Shown here piece by piece: positions 12,043-24,517 of a stretch of 64,000 nucleotides of DNA (position 1 is the stretch's first letter; each line of letters starts with the position of its first letter). Source of the stretch: Selaginella moellendorffii (Eukaryota; Plantae; Lycopodiophyta); the NCBI RefSeq assembly GCF_000143415.4, contig NW_003314262.1:1291960-1355959 (forward strand), in the 5' to 3' direction. Under the pieces are notes generated by a model. It had not been told where the DNA came from, ran no database searches, and saw only the letters and a program-made list of their open reading frames with translations. The translations under genes were made by a program, and so were the position numbers.

Positions 12043-12813
12043 ATGGAGCGCCATCCTTCTCCTCTTCCTCCCCCTCCTCCTCTTGTGCTCCACAGCATCG
12101 AAGCCGCGTGCCTGGAGGAGCTCCTCTTCGATCCGGAAGCCGACTACGCCCAGGTAAGAGATTGGTCCTCGATGTGGAACAAATCTGGAGAGCTGCGATC
12201 CTCACAGGTGCTAGAGGAAGCTCGGAGCTACGCCAAGCAAGCAGCCGCATCCAACAAGAGAGCGATCCACGAGGACGGCAAGAACCACCAAGAACACCAT
12301 CCAAAATCTTCCAAGCAGAGCACGAGCAATGGAAAGTACCAGCGGACAGCCAAGGTCTACTTCGTGCCCCCTCCTATTCTCGACGATCACAGCCGGCGCC
12401 AGCAATCCCCCGCCAAGAAAAAGAGGACGAAATCCTGGTCCTGGATCGATCCGCTGCTCCTACTCTGGCGCAGCGGCCACAAATCCTCGCGGAGTCACCA
12501 CGCCGGCGCCAAGATCCAGAGCTCCTCGCGAAATCACCACGACAAGATCAAGATTTCCGAGAATGCGCCCCGGAGGAAGAAATCCAGCGCCTCCGGCCCA
12601 CTGCCGCTCTACACTGATGGAAATCGCGAGAATCCACGACCGTGGCACAGGAACTGGAGTAGCAGCATTGATTCGCGAGGCCAATCCGGCCCCCTGGCCG
12701 CCATCTCTTGCAGCGCCAAGCAAGACGCTGCCTCGCCCTACGTCCCATTACACCACTGTACGAACGGCCCGCCAAGAAAGTGGACAAGTGGCCCATTGTA
12801 CGTAACATCGTGA
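12043..12813 (+). CDS. Uncharacterised conserved land-plant protein (intronless, 256 aa)
   Basis: Open ORF with motifs LFDPE, WIDPLL, SGPL, SPYVPL and C-terminal SGPLYVTS, typical of a plant family of unknown function. It is the parent of the relics at 980-1995 and 7490-7750. Confidence 0.75.
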   Translation: MERHPSPLPPPPPLVLHSIEAACLEELLFDPEADYAQVRDWSSMWNKSGELRSSQVLEEARSYAKQAAASNKRAIHEDGKNHQEHHPKSSKQSTSNGKYQRTAKVYFVPPPILDDHSRRQQSPAKKKRTKSWSWIDPLLLLWRSGHKSSRSHHAGAKIQSSSRNHHDKIKISENAPRRKKSSASGPLPLYTDGNRENPRPWHRNWSSSIDSRGQSGPLAAISCSAKQDAASPYVPLHHCTNGPPRKWTSGPLYVTS

Positions 12814-12915
12814 CCTAGGATCGAACGGTTCCCGCGCTTTGCTCTTCTTTGACAAGCTTCCCATTCCAAGTGCTTTGATTTCTAAGGGACCGATATTTTA
12901 GGGTTCTTGCGAGCG

Positions 12916-14859
12916 ATGGAGCTCCGGAGACGCCGTCGCGCCGTCCTGCGCCGCGCCACCGCGCAGGAGAGCGATGCTTCCTCCGACGATCAAGCCAGGA
13001 CTAGAAGGAAAGGTAAGGCCAAAGTGACGGTGGAATCCGAATCGGAGGCCGAGGCCATGGAAATCGAGGAGCAGCCGCCAGTGCCAGAGCCGGAGCTGGA
13101 GCCGGCGATGGATCTCGATAGCGGGCGCGAGACGAGGATTAGGCTCAAGGCCAAGAATCTCACCACCGCTCGGCACAGGGCCGCGTTCTATGCTCGCTAC
13201 AGCGCCAACAACAAGGAAGAGCTCTTCTCCAGGGCGAGGCAGCCACACAGGCAGGCACAGATTGACGGCGACGAGGATTTCATGGACGATGATCTTGCGG
13301 AAGCTCCCAAGCCGGTCGAACCGCCGCCTCCTAAGATCATCGAGTGGGAACCATCGAGGGGCTCTTCTCCCGACGTGGATTTGCCTGGCGCGCCTCCGTC
13401 TCTGTTCTCTATGTGTATCGAGCTTCTCTGCCAGAAGATCGATCACGTCGAGTCCTTGGAAGGGGTGCCGGAGGCCTTAAAGTGTTGCATTACGTCCAAG
13501 CTATACGAGCTTGGGAAGATCACTCCAAAGGCAGCCCAGATAATCATGGCAGGACCTCTCTCGCAGATCTTGCTCCCGGATTGCAGCAAAATCCCGGAGA
13601 AGGAGTTCACCGAGCTGATGGAGAACTCTTCCCTCGATGAAGTGCAGGTTTGTCTCCTTCCCTCTCTCTCTCCAAGCTTTTTTTTTTTTTAATTTCCAGG
13701 CTTTGGAGCTCGGGTTTTGTGGCCGAGCTCTCTCCGACCAAATGCTACTGAGATTCGCGTTTCCAAAGCTGAGGAAGCTTCGGCTGCATGGGAACTATCG
13801 CGTGTCAGACTCGGGACTGCGCGCACTAATACAATCAGCCACCAGAGGTCTGAGAGACGTGGAGCTTGTCGAGTGCTGCTGTATTACCGAGTCGTCCGTC
13901 CAGGAGCTAGCAACCTTTCACGGGCCTTTCCTCCAGAGCCTTTCACTGGAAGGATGTGATGGGATTATTGGGAGAAAAGTTTTGCCTTCCCTTTTGAGGC
14001 TGCCCGAGCTCACGGTTCTTTCTCTCGCCAGCGTGAAAGAAGTCACCGACGAAGTGCTGAGTGAGCTCATGGTGGCTAGGGGGCTGAAACTGGAAGAGCT
14101 CAATATCTCGCATTGCAGGTAAGCAACCGTCTTTGCTGCTTTTGCTTCTGACTGAGATCCGCGGGATTGTTTTGTGCAGCGTTACGGACCACGGCATGGC
14201 GGCTGTCGCAGCTTGCGGTTCTACTTTGAAAAGCTTGCACTTAGAAGGCTTGGAGCTTACAGACGTCACCTTACACCATCTTACAGAAGGCTGTAAGACA
14301 CTTTGTAAGTTATCGTTGGACGGAGGCGACTTCAGGTATCTTTGCTGCCCTTCTTCTCATCTCTTACTTACACAAGTTTTGTTTTGTTTTTTTTCTCAGT
14401 GATGAGGTACTGGCGGACTTTGTCGCGGCCGCTGGAAGCTCACTGCGCAACCTGTCCATCGCAAGCGTGAAAAAGGCACGTCGATCATTTATGAAGCGAT
14501 CCAAGCTTCTCTAAACCTCACTGCGTCACTTTCTTTCTCAGGCTGGCGACCGGACGCTAGTGGCTCTTGCAAAGCACGCAAGCCGGACACTAGAAACACT
14601 AAATGCGTCCTTTTGCCGCAGGGCGACCGAGGACGGGTTTGGATTCCTGGCGGACTCCTGTCCCAATCTCGTGGAGCTCGGGCTCTTTGGTTGCACCCAG
14701 GTACTCGCTGCTGCTCGTCTTGAAAAACTCAGGCACGCAATTCCTTTTTCCTTGCAGGTCACGAAGAGATTTATAAACGGGCACTCGAACAAGGCGTTGA
14801 AACTGGTCGGGGAGCAGGGTGGAACGCTCTCGTGGCACATGAACATCCGCGAGGTATGA
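12916..14859 (+). CDS. Rad7-like/RNI-like leucine-rich repeat protein (about 6 exons)
   Basis: PPSLFSMCIELL (BC-box-like) followed by Cys-containing LRRs (LELGFCGR, LSLEGCDGI, LNISHC, LNASFCR, LGLFGCTQVT). GT-AG introns plus one GC-AG intron (14476-14541). Confidence 0.85.
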
Positions 14860-15100
14860 CTTGTACATAGGCGGATTTAGTGAAATCTAGGAAGCCCAAT
14901 GTTCGTGGCTGGAAGGAGTCATCAAATCAAGTTACCGAGAGATGGTCGAATTCAAGCTAAAAAAGTGAGGCTTGGTAGTTCTAGAAGAGTTTTGATCAAA
15001 AGAATGTTCCATAGAATAATTTTGTCTATGTTTATGTACAAACAAGTTCCAAGAACAAGAACAAAACTTTTCAAGCTCCAAGAACAAGAAAAAAAACCTT

Positions 15101-15976
15101 TCAAACCCGCGGACTGGGAAGCTGCGTGCTACTCCCCAAGTCTCGCCGGCTCAAAATTCTTCCCAGGCTCCGCAATCGCTCCATCGTCGTCGCAGCCACA
15201 ACCGGCGACTTGGGCTCTGGCTGCTGCTCCTTATTCACGTCGATCACCGAGTGGAAGGACGATCGAGCAGACGACACACCATCGGTAGCACCGGTGCTCG
15301 ATCCATCCTCCTCCATTCGAGGGATGATGATAACCACTGGAGCAGCCGGATGAGAGGAGGAGCCTTGCAGCTCCGCTAGAGCCTCCGAGGAAAGAGAAGA
15401 CGAAGAAGCGACCTGGATAGGACTCGCTGGAGTGTTGTCTCGTGAGCTCTCGCTCTCGCTGATGGTGATAGTAGCAGTCGCAGTCGCAGTAGCAGTAGCA
15501 GCTCCAGCGCTGGAGCTCGCATCCGGATTGTCCACGACTGGGCTCCGGCAGATTGGGCACGTCGCGTGCGACTGAAACCACATATCGATGCAGCCGGCGT
15601 GGAAGGCATGGTTGCATTTCGGGAGGAGCCTTCCTCGCTCGCCATCTTCAAACTCGGAGAGGCAGACCGCGCACTCTGTCGTTGCCCCCACATATCCTTC
15701 CTTGCCGTAGACGAAAGCTGGTAGCAGCGAATCGATCACGCCTTGGTCCAGGCCTTTGTTGAGCAGATTCACGTGAGTTCCTGTCCCTGGCTGCCGCTGC
15801 CCCAGCGGAATTATCCCCGTGTACCGCCGCAACAGCACGCGGAGGCACAGATCCAGTGTGATGAAGAAGGCCACGCAGCCGAAGATCACCACGAATGCCG
15901 CTATGCCAATTGTGGCATTGATCCTCGCGGAGCTGTTTGGAGAGAAATCGCCCGGCGGCCCCCCTGTGGAACTCAT
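15101..15976 (-). CDS. ATL: ATL-type RING-H2 E3 ubiquitin ligase
   Basis: TM helix, GLD motif ([11 protein letters not shown]), RING-H2 CAVCLSEF...[26 protein letters not shown]. Intronless. Confidence 0.95.
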   Translation of the reverse strand: MSSTGGPPGDFSPNSSARINATIGIAAFVVIFGCVAFFITLDLCLRVLLRRYTGIIPLGQRQPGTGTHVNLLNKGLDQGVIDSLLPAFVYGKEGYVGATTECAVCLSEFEDGERGRLLPKCNHAFHAGCIDMWFQSHATCPICRSPVVDNPDASSSAGAATATATATATITISESESSRDNTPASPIQVASSSSLSSEALAELQGSSSHPAAPVVIIIPRMEEDGSSTGATDGVSSARSSFHSVIDVNKEQQPEPKSPVVAATTMERLRSLGRILSRRDLGSSTQLPSPRV

Positions 15977-16250
15977 CGCAGCACTCAAGCATCTGGTCGC
16001 AAGCTAGCGCCCGCCCTTGGATATATTGCGAGGAGAGCTTCCTCCAGAAACACCCTCCGAGCTTCCGTCTCCTGCTTCTCCACATCTTCGTTCCCTCGTT
16101 ACCAGGGCCGGCTTACATGTTCATGCTGACTTGACCGAAAACTCGAGGAAAGTCAAATTCTGGAGGAAGTGTTTGCATTAGCGAGGAAGCGAAGGAAGGA
16201 GTCGTAGATCAAGCCGCTTACCTTCAGCACGTCGATACAAAAAGGAAAGT

Positions 16251-19200
16251 TTATATAGTCTTCGTGTTGAACGAGCCGCATGCGCCACACTTGTGGTAAA
16301 GCCAATGAAATTGGGCCTCTCCCTTCCGCTCGCAATCGTTGCAAAAGATAGTCTATAATTCGACAGCAAAGATGAGCTCTCGTGAGAAATGATTGGAAGA
16401 TTGCACTGCACCTCTTTGCGGCCACGGTACTCCTCTGGAAGTTGCTCTGCCTCCATGAGAGCATCCAACAAGCCAAAATATAGCTGAAACTTGATCGATC
16501 AGTCGTAGCTCTAAACTTCACTTTAAATACTTACTCCCATGTCGCCCAATGTCTTGCAGCATATCGGGCACGTATAATGGTTGCTGCTGTAGGCCTACAA
16601 GAAGCATCGGCGTAAAAGGATACAAAAACGAGGAAAAGAGCACTTACCAAAAAGCATGACGAGTGCATATAATGCCCGCATGGAAGGCTCTTCACGTCGG
16701 GCACCGACGAAAAAATCTGCTCGCAGCAGATAGGACAGTCCGTTTCTGTTCCTTTCTCCCTGCAGATGTGGCTCTGCTCCAGAGTCTTGGACATGCATCC
16801 GTTGCATACCAAGCAATGGAAAAACTCCTGGCCTAAACCAGATCCCACTCTGCAAATGTTGCAGAAAGGACAATGATAAATGCTCCTGCAAACTAAAGTT
16901 TTAGCCTGTCAAGTAGAATCTGTCATTGGACAAACCTTTTCGAGTCGTCGTCGAAAAACTTGCAGATGGGGCAGTAATACCGCGCCATGCAGAAACGATT
17001 GCACGACGGTGTGGTGCAGTTTGGCCCAACAGGCTGAACCTTTAGACACTGCATGCACAGCATCTCTGAGGTCTGGTACCTGGCAAGATCAGAAAAAAAA
17101 ATGCCTCGGCGATTGAAAATAAAGACCAGAAGCGTACCTGTCCATTGTATGGTCACTGGCTTCATCGTGGCAAAGCCTGCAAGTGAACAAGCTACCACAA
17201 CAGGCAGCCCGAAGCTTGCAGTTCCTACGGTAGTGCTTGCAGCCGAAAACTTTGTTTTCTTCGTCAGCATAGCTTGGAGCCGGTTCCGAATCCGTCAATC
17301 GCTGATCGCGAAGCTTTTGCTGAGCAACCATCCAACGGCTGCTCGTGTAAAAGGTTTGATCAGTCGAAAGCGTAATTTAATGACTTGCTTACCATGTCAT
17401 CAGGTTCTGCATCAGGTAAGCTTTGCGGCGAGGATCTAGTGACGCATCAGTAGATAGCTTTCGAACCGCGGCCTCCAGTTCTTCCTGGTTGAGCCTGAAA
17501 ATTTCAGGCCAACCGGGCTTGAACGTTTCAGAGTCATCACGAGTGTCACCACCTGTATCCTTTCCTTCAGAAAAGTACTCGACCAAAGACTGTAGGCAGT
17601 CTTTTGTAGATACAGAAGTCTCTTTTGTAGATCGTTGGCGCGATGTCGACGGCGCCGTCCACCAGGCACTCAACCAATCTTGAAACAAAGTGTTTCGAGT
17701 TGCCTGTTCCCATGTTTCCATCATCGAGTTACGCTCTTCTTCGGTCAAAACGGCTGTCACCCACGGTAGCATGGCTTGGATAACTTCTGCACCAGTCGAT
17801 CCTATTATCCTGGCCATCACTTTGTCTTGCTCTTGGACTGAGAAGTGTTTGTCGAAAAGTGGCCAGAGCTCGGACTCTTCCCTGTCAACGTGCTTCCCGA
17901 GGCAAATGCGCATGGACTTGCACATGCGCTGCAGCTTTGCAGCAAGAAAGTGTTGGTGTGCTTCATCCCCTTCTGTTTTCTCCTGAGACTGGGTGACAAG
18001 GCTCGAAAATGTTGACAAAATCGCTGAAATCTCATTGAAGAGATCCTCTTCCTGCCTGTGATCTATCATGTAAGAGTGGCTGACGTTGAGTAGAGCCTCC
18101 TTTGCCTCCAGTGCCGGGAAGACAATGGTGTCTTCGGCACTGCTGTGAGCACGATACAGGCCCCATAAGAAGTAGAACCTTCCTCTAAACTGTCCCAGGA
18201 ACTCGTCGGTGCAGTCCAAGAGTCGCGCTGATTCTACGTCCAAATACTCCAGATCTTTTCTTATTGCCTTGTGAAACTGGAAAATCTGGTCGATTGGTTT
18301 CAGTTGCTGCTTCCCTGTGGACCGCTTGCTTCCTTTCAAATCAGGCTCCAGCTGCAGTGACTTGGACAATAGGCTCAATTCACTCCGGAAAAGCTTCGAA
18401 GGCCTGTCGGCTGCCAACTGACAGCTCCTTTTTCCTGAAACCTTTAGGCTCTCATTTTTTAAGAGATCCCAAACATGCGAATGGTTTTCGCAAGCCCACC
18501 CCGTCAGCAGAGCAACCAGGATGCTGTCACCCTGAGGTGCTGCAGAAAAAACGCATTGAATCTCGAGAAAAGCTTTAGAAAATAAAACAGACCTGCCAGT
18601 CTTATGTTAACAAGCATATCTTTCGCCTCCTTGGCAGTAACGCAGTTAACAATCCATGGAAGGACTCGCCTCAAGAAAACCAAAGGCATGGTTTTGAGGC
18701 TTTCATAAACCAACGTTCGCTGCTCGTCAATGCTGAAAAGCTTACTTGCAAGAGGTAAGAACTGTTCAAGAATGAATGAGAAACGACACAACCGAAGGAA
18801 TTGTTACCTCAGTTTCTTCAATAGAGAAATGTGCTTCAACAGCATCAAGTAAAAGCTCAGCCTGGGTGATGACAGCAGTTGAGCTGCAGTTGTTTTTAAG
18901 AGTATTTTCAAGTACTCTCAAAGCCTCACTGCACACTTCGTCTTGTACAGCATGATCAAGTTTCTTGCCAATTGGAGGAAACACGAACTTATCCTCAGCT
19001 GCACTGTAAACACACATTCAGCTCTGTTATTCACCAAGCATGGACAAACACACCTGTGAAAACTCCATACTTTACTTACAAACTCCATTCGCTCGCTCAA
19101 GGTTGCCAGTGACGTCAAATCCTTGATCTCCTCAGTTATGTTAAGAAGTTCGCGCTTTATAGCCTGATGCCAGTGAAGTAAATCGTTGAGTGGCGATCGC

Positions 19201-20148
19201 GTGATAAACCGGACGTCGGTTCCAGCTTGCTTCGCAGGTTTTGGAGTGGTCTTTGGAGCTCTGTTGGCGCCCAGCCTGAATTTACTGTGGTCCCGTTTAA
19301 ACCATTCAGTAATTACCTACATGCATTCGTTCAAAACTGTGCAGTTGGGGTGTTACGTACCAAAATCTTACCTCCTGTAGAAGCTCTTCTGCTGGAACGA
19401 TTTCCCGAAAGCAAAGTTCCATGTGTTTACATTCTTCCAAAGTCAAGGAGGAAGCAAGCCATGGAAGAAAGATCTCCATGAGCTTCACAGGAATATTGCC
19501 CATAAACTGCCAGACAAGGCTAGCTTGTTCTTCGCGATTATAGTACTGCATGAGCAGCGGAATGACCTGGAAAAGAAGTAGAAAAACCGTATAGAAACAC
19601 TTTGTCCAAAGTTACTTACCTGGCCTTCTTCTTTCGAAAGGTGCTGGCATACTGTTCTTTGCACTGCTTCCGTGCAAGAGATGATTTCCTGCCACGACGA
19701 ATCGGTTTGATCCCCCAAATGTGTGGAGAGAAGCTGGGACATTTCGTTGAGTAGATCGTTCTCCACAACATGCTCCAAGCAATACGAGCGCGCGACGTTC
19801 TTGACGCGAGATTCTAGAGCCGGAAGAATCACCTGAAGAAAAAAAAAAACGTATAGTCGACATTGACAATTCTCACACCTTAGCAATCACCTCATCTTCC
19901 GCCTGGCTGTGGTGCTCGTAGATTTCTCTCAAGAAATTGTACCTCTCCGCCAGGGATCTAAAATCCTGCCCGCTGCTCCTATCCATCGACATTGCCGTCT
20001 CGTGGATGCGCTCCAGCTCCAGACGAATAGCCTTGTGGAAATACACGATCACAAACATCGGCGGCAGCGATTCCCTGGAGAAAGATCTATCCTGCTGCTG
20101 AATCGCGCTCTCATCGCTGCCGGCGGCACCGTCGAGCTCCAGTGCCAT
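16251..20148 (-). CDS. BTS: BRUTUS-like hemerythrin/CHY/RING E3 ligase (iron sensor), multi-exon
   Basis: Three hemerythrin repeats (FHKAIR...HSxAED), CHY zinc finger (GCKHYRRNCKLRAACC), CTCHY, RING (CPICC...PCGHYMHSSCF) and C-terminal zinc ribbon FHWLYHKCGACGSFNT. Confidence 0.95.
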
Positions 20149-20699
20149 CGCCAAGAACACTACCTGCGGGGCTAGGTTAGAGGATTCCACGAATGAATGT
20201 CACCACAAGGCGAGCGTGTGGTCAATGTACCAAGAACACGTGGTCTGGGGATGACGTGGACTGCCAACCGGAAAAACGCCGCTCATGTCATTGGATCACT
20301 TTTGCCTCGCATCCATCGTGGCAGCGGTCTAGCCAGTATAAAAGAAAGAGCAAAGAAAGAATTGAAAGGCCATATGGAAAAAAATTAAAAAAGTGCTTTG
20401 GAGAAGGAGTGATCTTGGGGAGAAAGATCTTGGCTCGATCTTTCCAAAAACAAGTGCCTCAGTATTTCTCAATGTTAGATAGAGTTGACCACACCACATT
20501 CAATCATAGGTCATCAGTGACAAATGTAACAGCCTTGATAAGAAAGAACCATCCATAACATTTTCTTTTTCAGAGAATCCACTTAATCTAAGTAATTCTT
20601 GCCTTTTTGTGTTGGCTGGTCATCCTTGCATCGTGCATACTGATCCAGTGATTGAGTTTCTTTTTTTTTTCTCTTCATCTTCTATAGCAATAAAAACTG

Positions 20700-20960
20700 A
20701 ATCACTTAAAAGTATATAGACTGGAGAGCCTTTCTTCAGCTTCGTAGAAATGTCACTCGCAGTCACAGTTCCAGACACGAACCATCTTGCAAACCGCCCC
20801 TGGAACGTCCCCACCTCCGGATCCGAAAGAAGCGGTGGCCGGTCAGCAACTTGAAACTACTCAGTTCTATCCAACGCCCGTGAATATCACTACCCGTTAC
20901 CACCCTGCTGATGGAGTTTGATGGAAACTGGTGTTTTGGACACCGTTATCAAGAACTGGA
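20700..20960 (+). pseudogene. Highly shredded MTPSL terpene synthase relic
   Basis: Encodes YIDWR/EPFFSFVEMSLAVTVPDT and an FDGNWC-like tail homologous to 36450-37526. About 20782-20833 is an inverted piece of the same gene. Confidence 0.65.
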
Positions 20961-21162
20961 TACACAAGATTCTTGGTATCTCTTCAGATATTCCCACGAC
21001 TTTTAGCTTTTATGATGATCATACAAAAGTTGTTTTGTTCCTTACATGAGCCACAGTCGAACGTCTTTCCAACACTTTTTTTGTGAGTCGTGTTCTTACC
21101 AACAATAATGGAGGTCCAGTATATAAAGGTTGTAGTTGCTTTGTATCAAATAGCTCCATTTC

Positions 21163-22070
21163 ATGGCTCCAGCTCTAGAGAAGATCTATGCTGTTGCTAG
21201 GCCTCAAGAATTTCCATCTCCCAAAGATACCCAGCTTGATTCCTCCAGCGCTTATGCATCCAGCAACAAGTTCATCACCCGCGGATAAAAAGGCTTTAAA
21301 AGATTGGAAGATCCCACTGTTTGGAACTCCGGTAGAGTCGATTGGGTCCAGGAAAAATGCTCTCACATGCTCATAATACTGCTTGTGGGCTACATTACTG
21401 GACGACTTGGTTGACGGGGGTTTGCTTGAGACTGCTAGCATTCTTCAAGATTACTACTCCATAATCCTGAATCATCTACACAATCCTGAAGTCAAGATGC
21501 CTGGAGGCATCGGACAATCACCTTCCAGTTCGAGTTTACAGGGCCACTGAAGAGAGATAAGATCATCCATGCTTCCTCCAGTGTATGCTTATTTTGTAGC
21601 ACAGTTTGAGAGGTATGCACTCAGCAGAATGGCAAGCAGGCCCTGTCAAGCAGTCTATCGAGTGGAGAAGGTTTGAAGTGTTATTAGAGCCTATCTTCAG
21701 CTTCATAGAGATGGCGTTTGAAGTCGCATAGAGATGGCGTTGGAATCAGAGGACTATCTAATTCTGCGAGATCCCAGGATTGACTATGTATCTATGCACA
21801 ACCATATTCTCCCGTTCGTGAAGGTGTTCGTAACTGCTGAATCTTCCAGTGTTGCTGCTTCTTTCGGATCCACATTCTGATCGCTCAGGCAAGAGGTGAA
21901 GGTAAACACGAGTTTGTGAAGTATCTTGAGTGTCATCCTAGTGTTCTCTCCAACACGCTTTACTATCACTACCCTCTGCCCGGTACCATCCAGCATTCAT
22001 CACTGGTGAGAAGTTTGACGGGAATTGGTGTTTGGGCACTGTTATAAACCATAGAAGAACTGGCCGGTGA
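21163..22070 (+). pseudogene. Microbial terpene synthase-like (MTPSL) pseudogene
   Basis: Collinear with 36450-37526 from ATG GCT (21163) to AGAACTGGCCGGTGA (22070). LLDDLVDGG retained; in-frame TAA at 21374-21376, frameshifts and deletions. Confidence 0.9.
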
Positions 22071-22505
22071 TAGAATAATTTCAAAGCTGGCAAACGAAAG
22101 AAACGAAGTCCCAAAAATATTCAAGTTTTGAGATCAAAAGGAGAATTGGCCTCTCCCAAAGATCGGCACATGGGAGATATGTGTTTTCGAAGCCCATTTC
22201 ATCCATATCCTGCTATGTTACATGACGGTCGCCTTAAAGCTGGGCGCTTCACCTTGACTTTGTTCTTGATTTTCCCTCCATCGCCTGGAATGGTGCAGCT
22301 TGCGGACTCCCACGGGGACGCCGGGATTTTTCATCGTAGAAGAGAATTCCACTATCGACTCAACAAAATGCATTTTATATACTGTTTGCATACACAAAAT
22401 AAAAAATTAAAGTCATCTTATAGGTTCTAGTAAACATATAAATGAATGAATGATTTTGTGCTTACGTGACCAACACTTTCTCAACATTCTAACATACCTT
22501 CCACT

Positions 22506-22730
22506 TCAAATGCCGATCGTCTGATCCTGGCAATCGGGCGCTTCATGAAGACGTCCTCGAGTTCCTTGATCTCGCCCTCTATCGCCTCGCTGAACTCCTC
22601 GATGCCGTCGTGGTCGTCGAGCGGCGGAGAATCCACAGCAGCATAGATTTCTTGCCCCAGCGATGATCGTCGGCCTGGCGTTGCCCCCAGGCATTGCCGG
22701 TGTCCAGCTGCTCGGTCGTGAGCGCATCTC
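22506..22730 (-). pseudogene. Polyphenol oxidase fragment
   Basis: DALTTEQL..DTGNAW..ARPTIIAGARNL...GIEEFSEA matches the C-terminal linker of the PPO at 24630-26516, with deletions. Confidence 0.85.
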
Positions 22731-22958
22731 TTGTTGCTGCGTATCTCAAGAGCGTGGTGTCCAAGATACTTGTACTGGGCGAAGCTACACCTGTTGTTGA
22801 CTTACCAAACTGACACCAAAATACAAACTAGATGCTTTCAGAGACTGCTATCCTGCTACAGACCTTAGGAAAATTGCCTCGTGAACTCGCTGTTAAGGGT
22901 GTGCGGTTTATGGTTTTGATGCAGGGACATTCGCGAACAAGCTCAGAGTTGACGCAGC

Positions 22959-23852
22959 TCATTGATACAAGCTCGGATTCGTGTACCAACTAGACATTGT
23001 GAATGAAGGCGATGAATGAACTTGTTGCTTAGTAGCTGCCTTCAACTCGACCAAGAGCAGCGTTTGGTTGTCGTTCTTCGAAGACCCTAAGATCTTGTAG
23101 ACGACCTGCTTCAGTTGTTCATAGTCTCTGGCCTGCAACGCCTTCTGAATCTGTCCACAATGGTAATCGTCTATGCTGTTTTTATCCACTCCATCAGAAG
23201 CAAGAATAAGGAAGTGGCAGCCTTTGGAAATCTCAAAGTTGACAATGTCCGGAACGGCACTCACGGCTTGTTCTTCTCGACTCAGCTGTGGATTGCTCTT
23301 GAATGACCAGTCTCCAATGCTGCGGGTCACCATGAGCGAATCGACATCGTCTTCCTTGCCAGCCAAAGTTATGCGTCCCTTCGAGCCCTTCTCCACATAG
23401 CCACCCGCCTTGACGACCCTGTCTAGCTCCCCAGGACACTTGCAGTCATGCTCCTGGCTGATATCCATCACGTACCCATCCACAAACAAGCAGCAGTAAG
23501 AATCGCCAACATTGCCAAGAAAAACCTGGCCGTCATCGGTAACCAGAGCCACGGTCGCTGTACTCCCACAGCAGTCAGCACCTGGAGCCCGTGAATCTGC
23601 CTCCATGAATACCTGATGCAAGCTCCTTGCATAGTTGCCGTCCCGGAAAGCCTGATTGCAATCCAGAATGGTGCTCATGCTGCCGGCGCAGAAGCGTGCC
23701 ACTTGATCCCCGCCGTGTCCGTCATATACACCTATCAACGAGACGTTGCCCCCGGCGCATGCCGCTACAGAGTGAGCGTCCTCCATTGTGCTCCTGAATC
23801 CGTCGTCTTGGAAGCACAACACTCTGACGCGCCTGTCCTCCACAACCTCCAT
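22959..23852 (-). CDS. Protein phosphatase 2C (intronless, divergent)
   Basis: Metal-binding motifs present: RSTMEDAH, GVYDGHGG, CGSTA, NVGDS, RSIGD, FLILASDGV, DNQT. Confidence 0.9.
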   Translation of the reverse strand: MEVVEDRRVRVLCFQDDGFRSTMEDAHSVAACAGGNVSLIGVYDGHGGDQVARFCAGSMSTILDCNQAFRDGNYARSLHQVFMEADSRAPGADCCGSTATVALVTDDGQVFLGNVGDSYCCLFVDGYVMDISQEHDCKCPGELDRVVKAGGYVEKGSKGRITLAGKEDDVDSLMVTRSIGDWSFKSNPQLSREEQAVSAVPDIVNFEISKGCHFLILASDGVDKNSIDDYHCGQIQKALQARDYEQLKQVVYKILGSSKNDNQTLLLVELKAATKQQVHSSPSFTMSSWYTNPSLYQ

Positions 23853-24435
23853 TCTGTCCTCTCGCCCTAATTCAGAGCCTTTTTACTCTGGTCTGGAGCC
23901 ATCGTTGGTAGCCAACATTGACCTAAACAGGTGTTATGGCGGTCACAAAAAACATGCTCACGTGGATTTCAATATAAAAGTTTTTCCGGTAATATATCTT
24001 TGTGCTTTGGATGTGGCAGATCCCAATATAAAAGTTTTTAATGTTTCCAGTAATATGCTAGCTGGATGAACTCGCCCAACAGATATTCAACCACATGGAT
24101 ACAGTCTTGCTGATTTCCTTGGGATTTTTGTTGTCCTCTTTGTTGTCTAGATCTTTGAACACAGATTCACTCCAACTGTTCCAGGGTTTGGAAGCAAGAT
24201 TCGAACCTAGTCATGCCTCCAGTTATTGATTAATTAGTCTATCATGTATTTAATTCTTCATCTTTTCTCTTGTGGACTGGGGTATTTAACTTAGTCTTGC
24301 ATCTGCTGATGCTGTTAGATATACTGTTATATGATTTTGTCCAGAAACACTTCCACTCATCCACAATGAGCCAAATGAGTATCTTCTTTGTCCCCATGAA
24401 ACTTTACCAAAATGTTGCTAGCTCCTTTCACCAAT

Positions 24436-24517
24436 GTGAACGTGCCGGAGTGGTTATCGGGCATGACTCGAAATCATGTGGGCTCTGCCCGCGCAGGTTC
24501 GAATCCTGCCGTTCACG
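24436..24517 (+). tRNA. tRNA-Ser (anticodon CGA)
   Basis: 82-nt cloverleaf: GTGAACG acceptor stem, A box TGCCGGAGTGG, anticodon arm CATGA-CT-CGA-AA-TCATG, long variable arm, B box GGTTCGAATCC. Upstream CAA and downstream T-rich tract. Confidence 0.95.

Noticed and set aside
22740-22950. YLKSVVSKILVLGEA resembling a GRIP-domain fragment
   Set aside because: Too short and degenerate to support an assignment.
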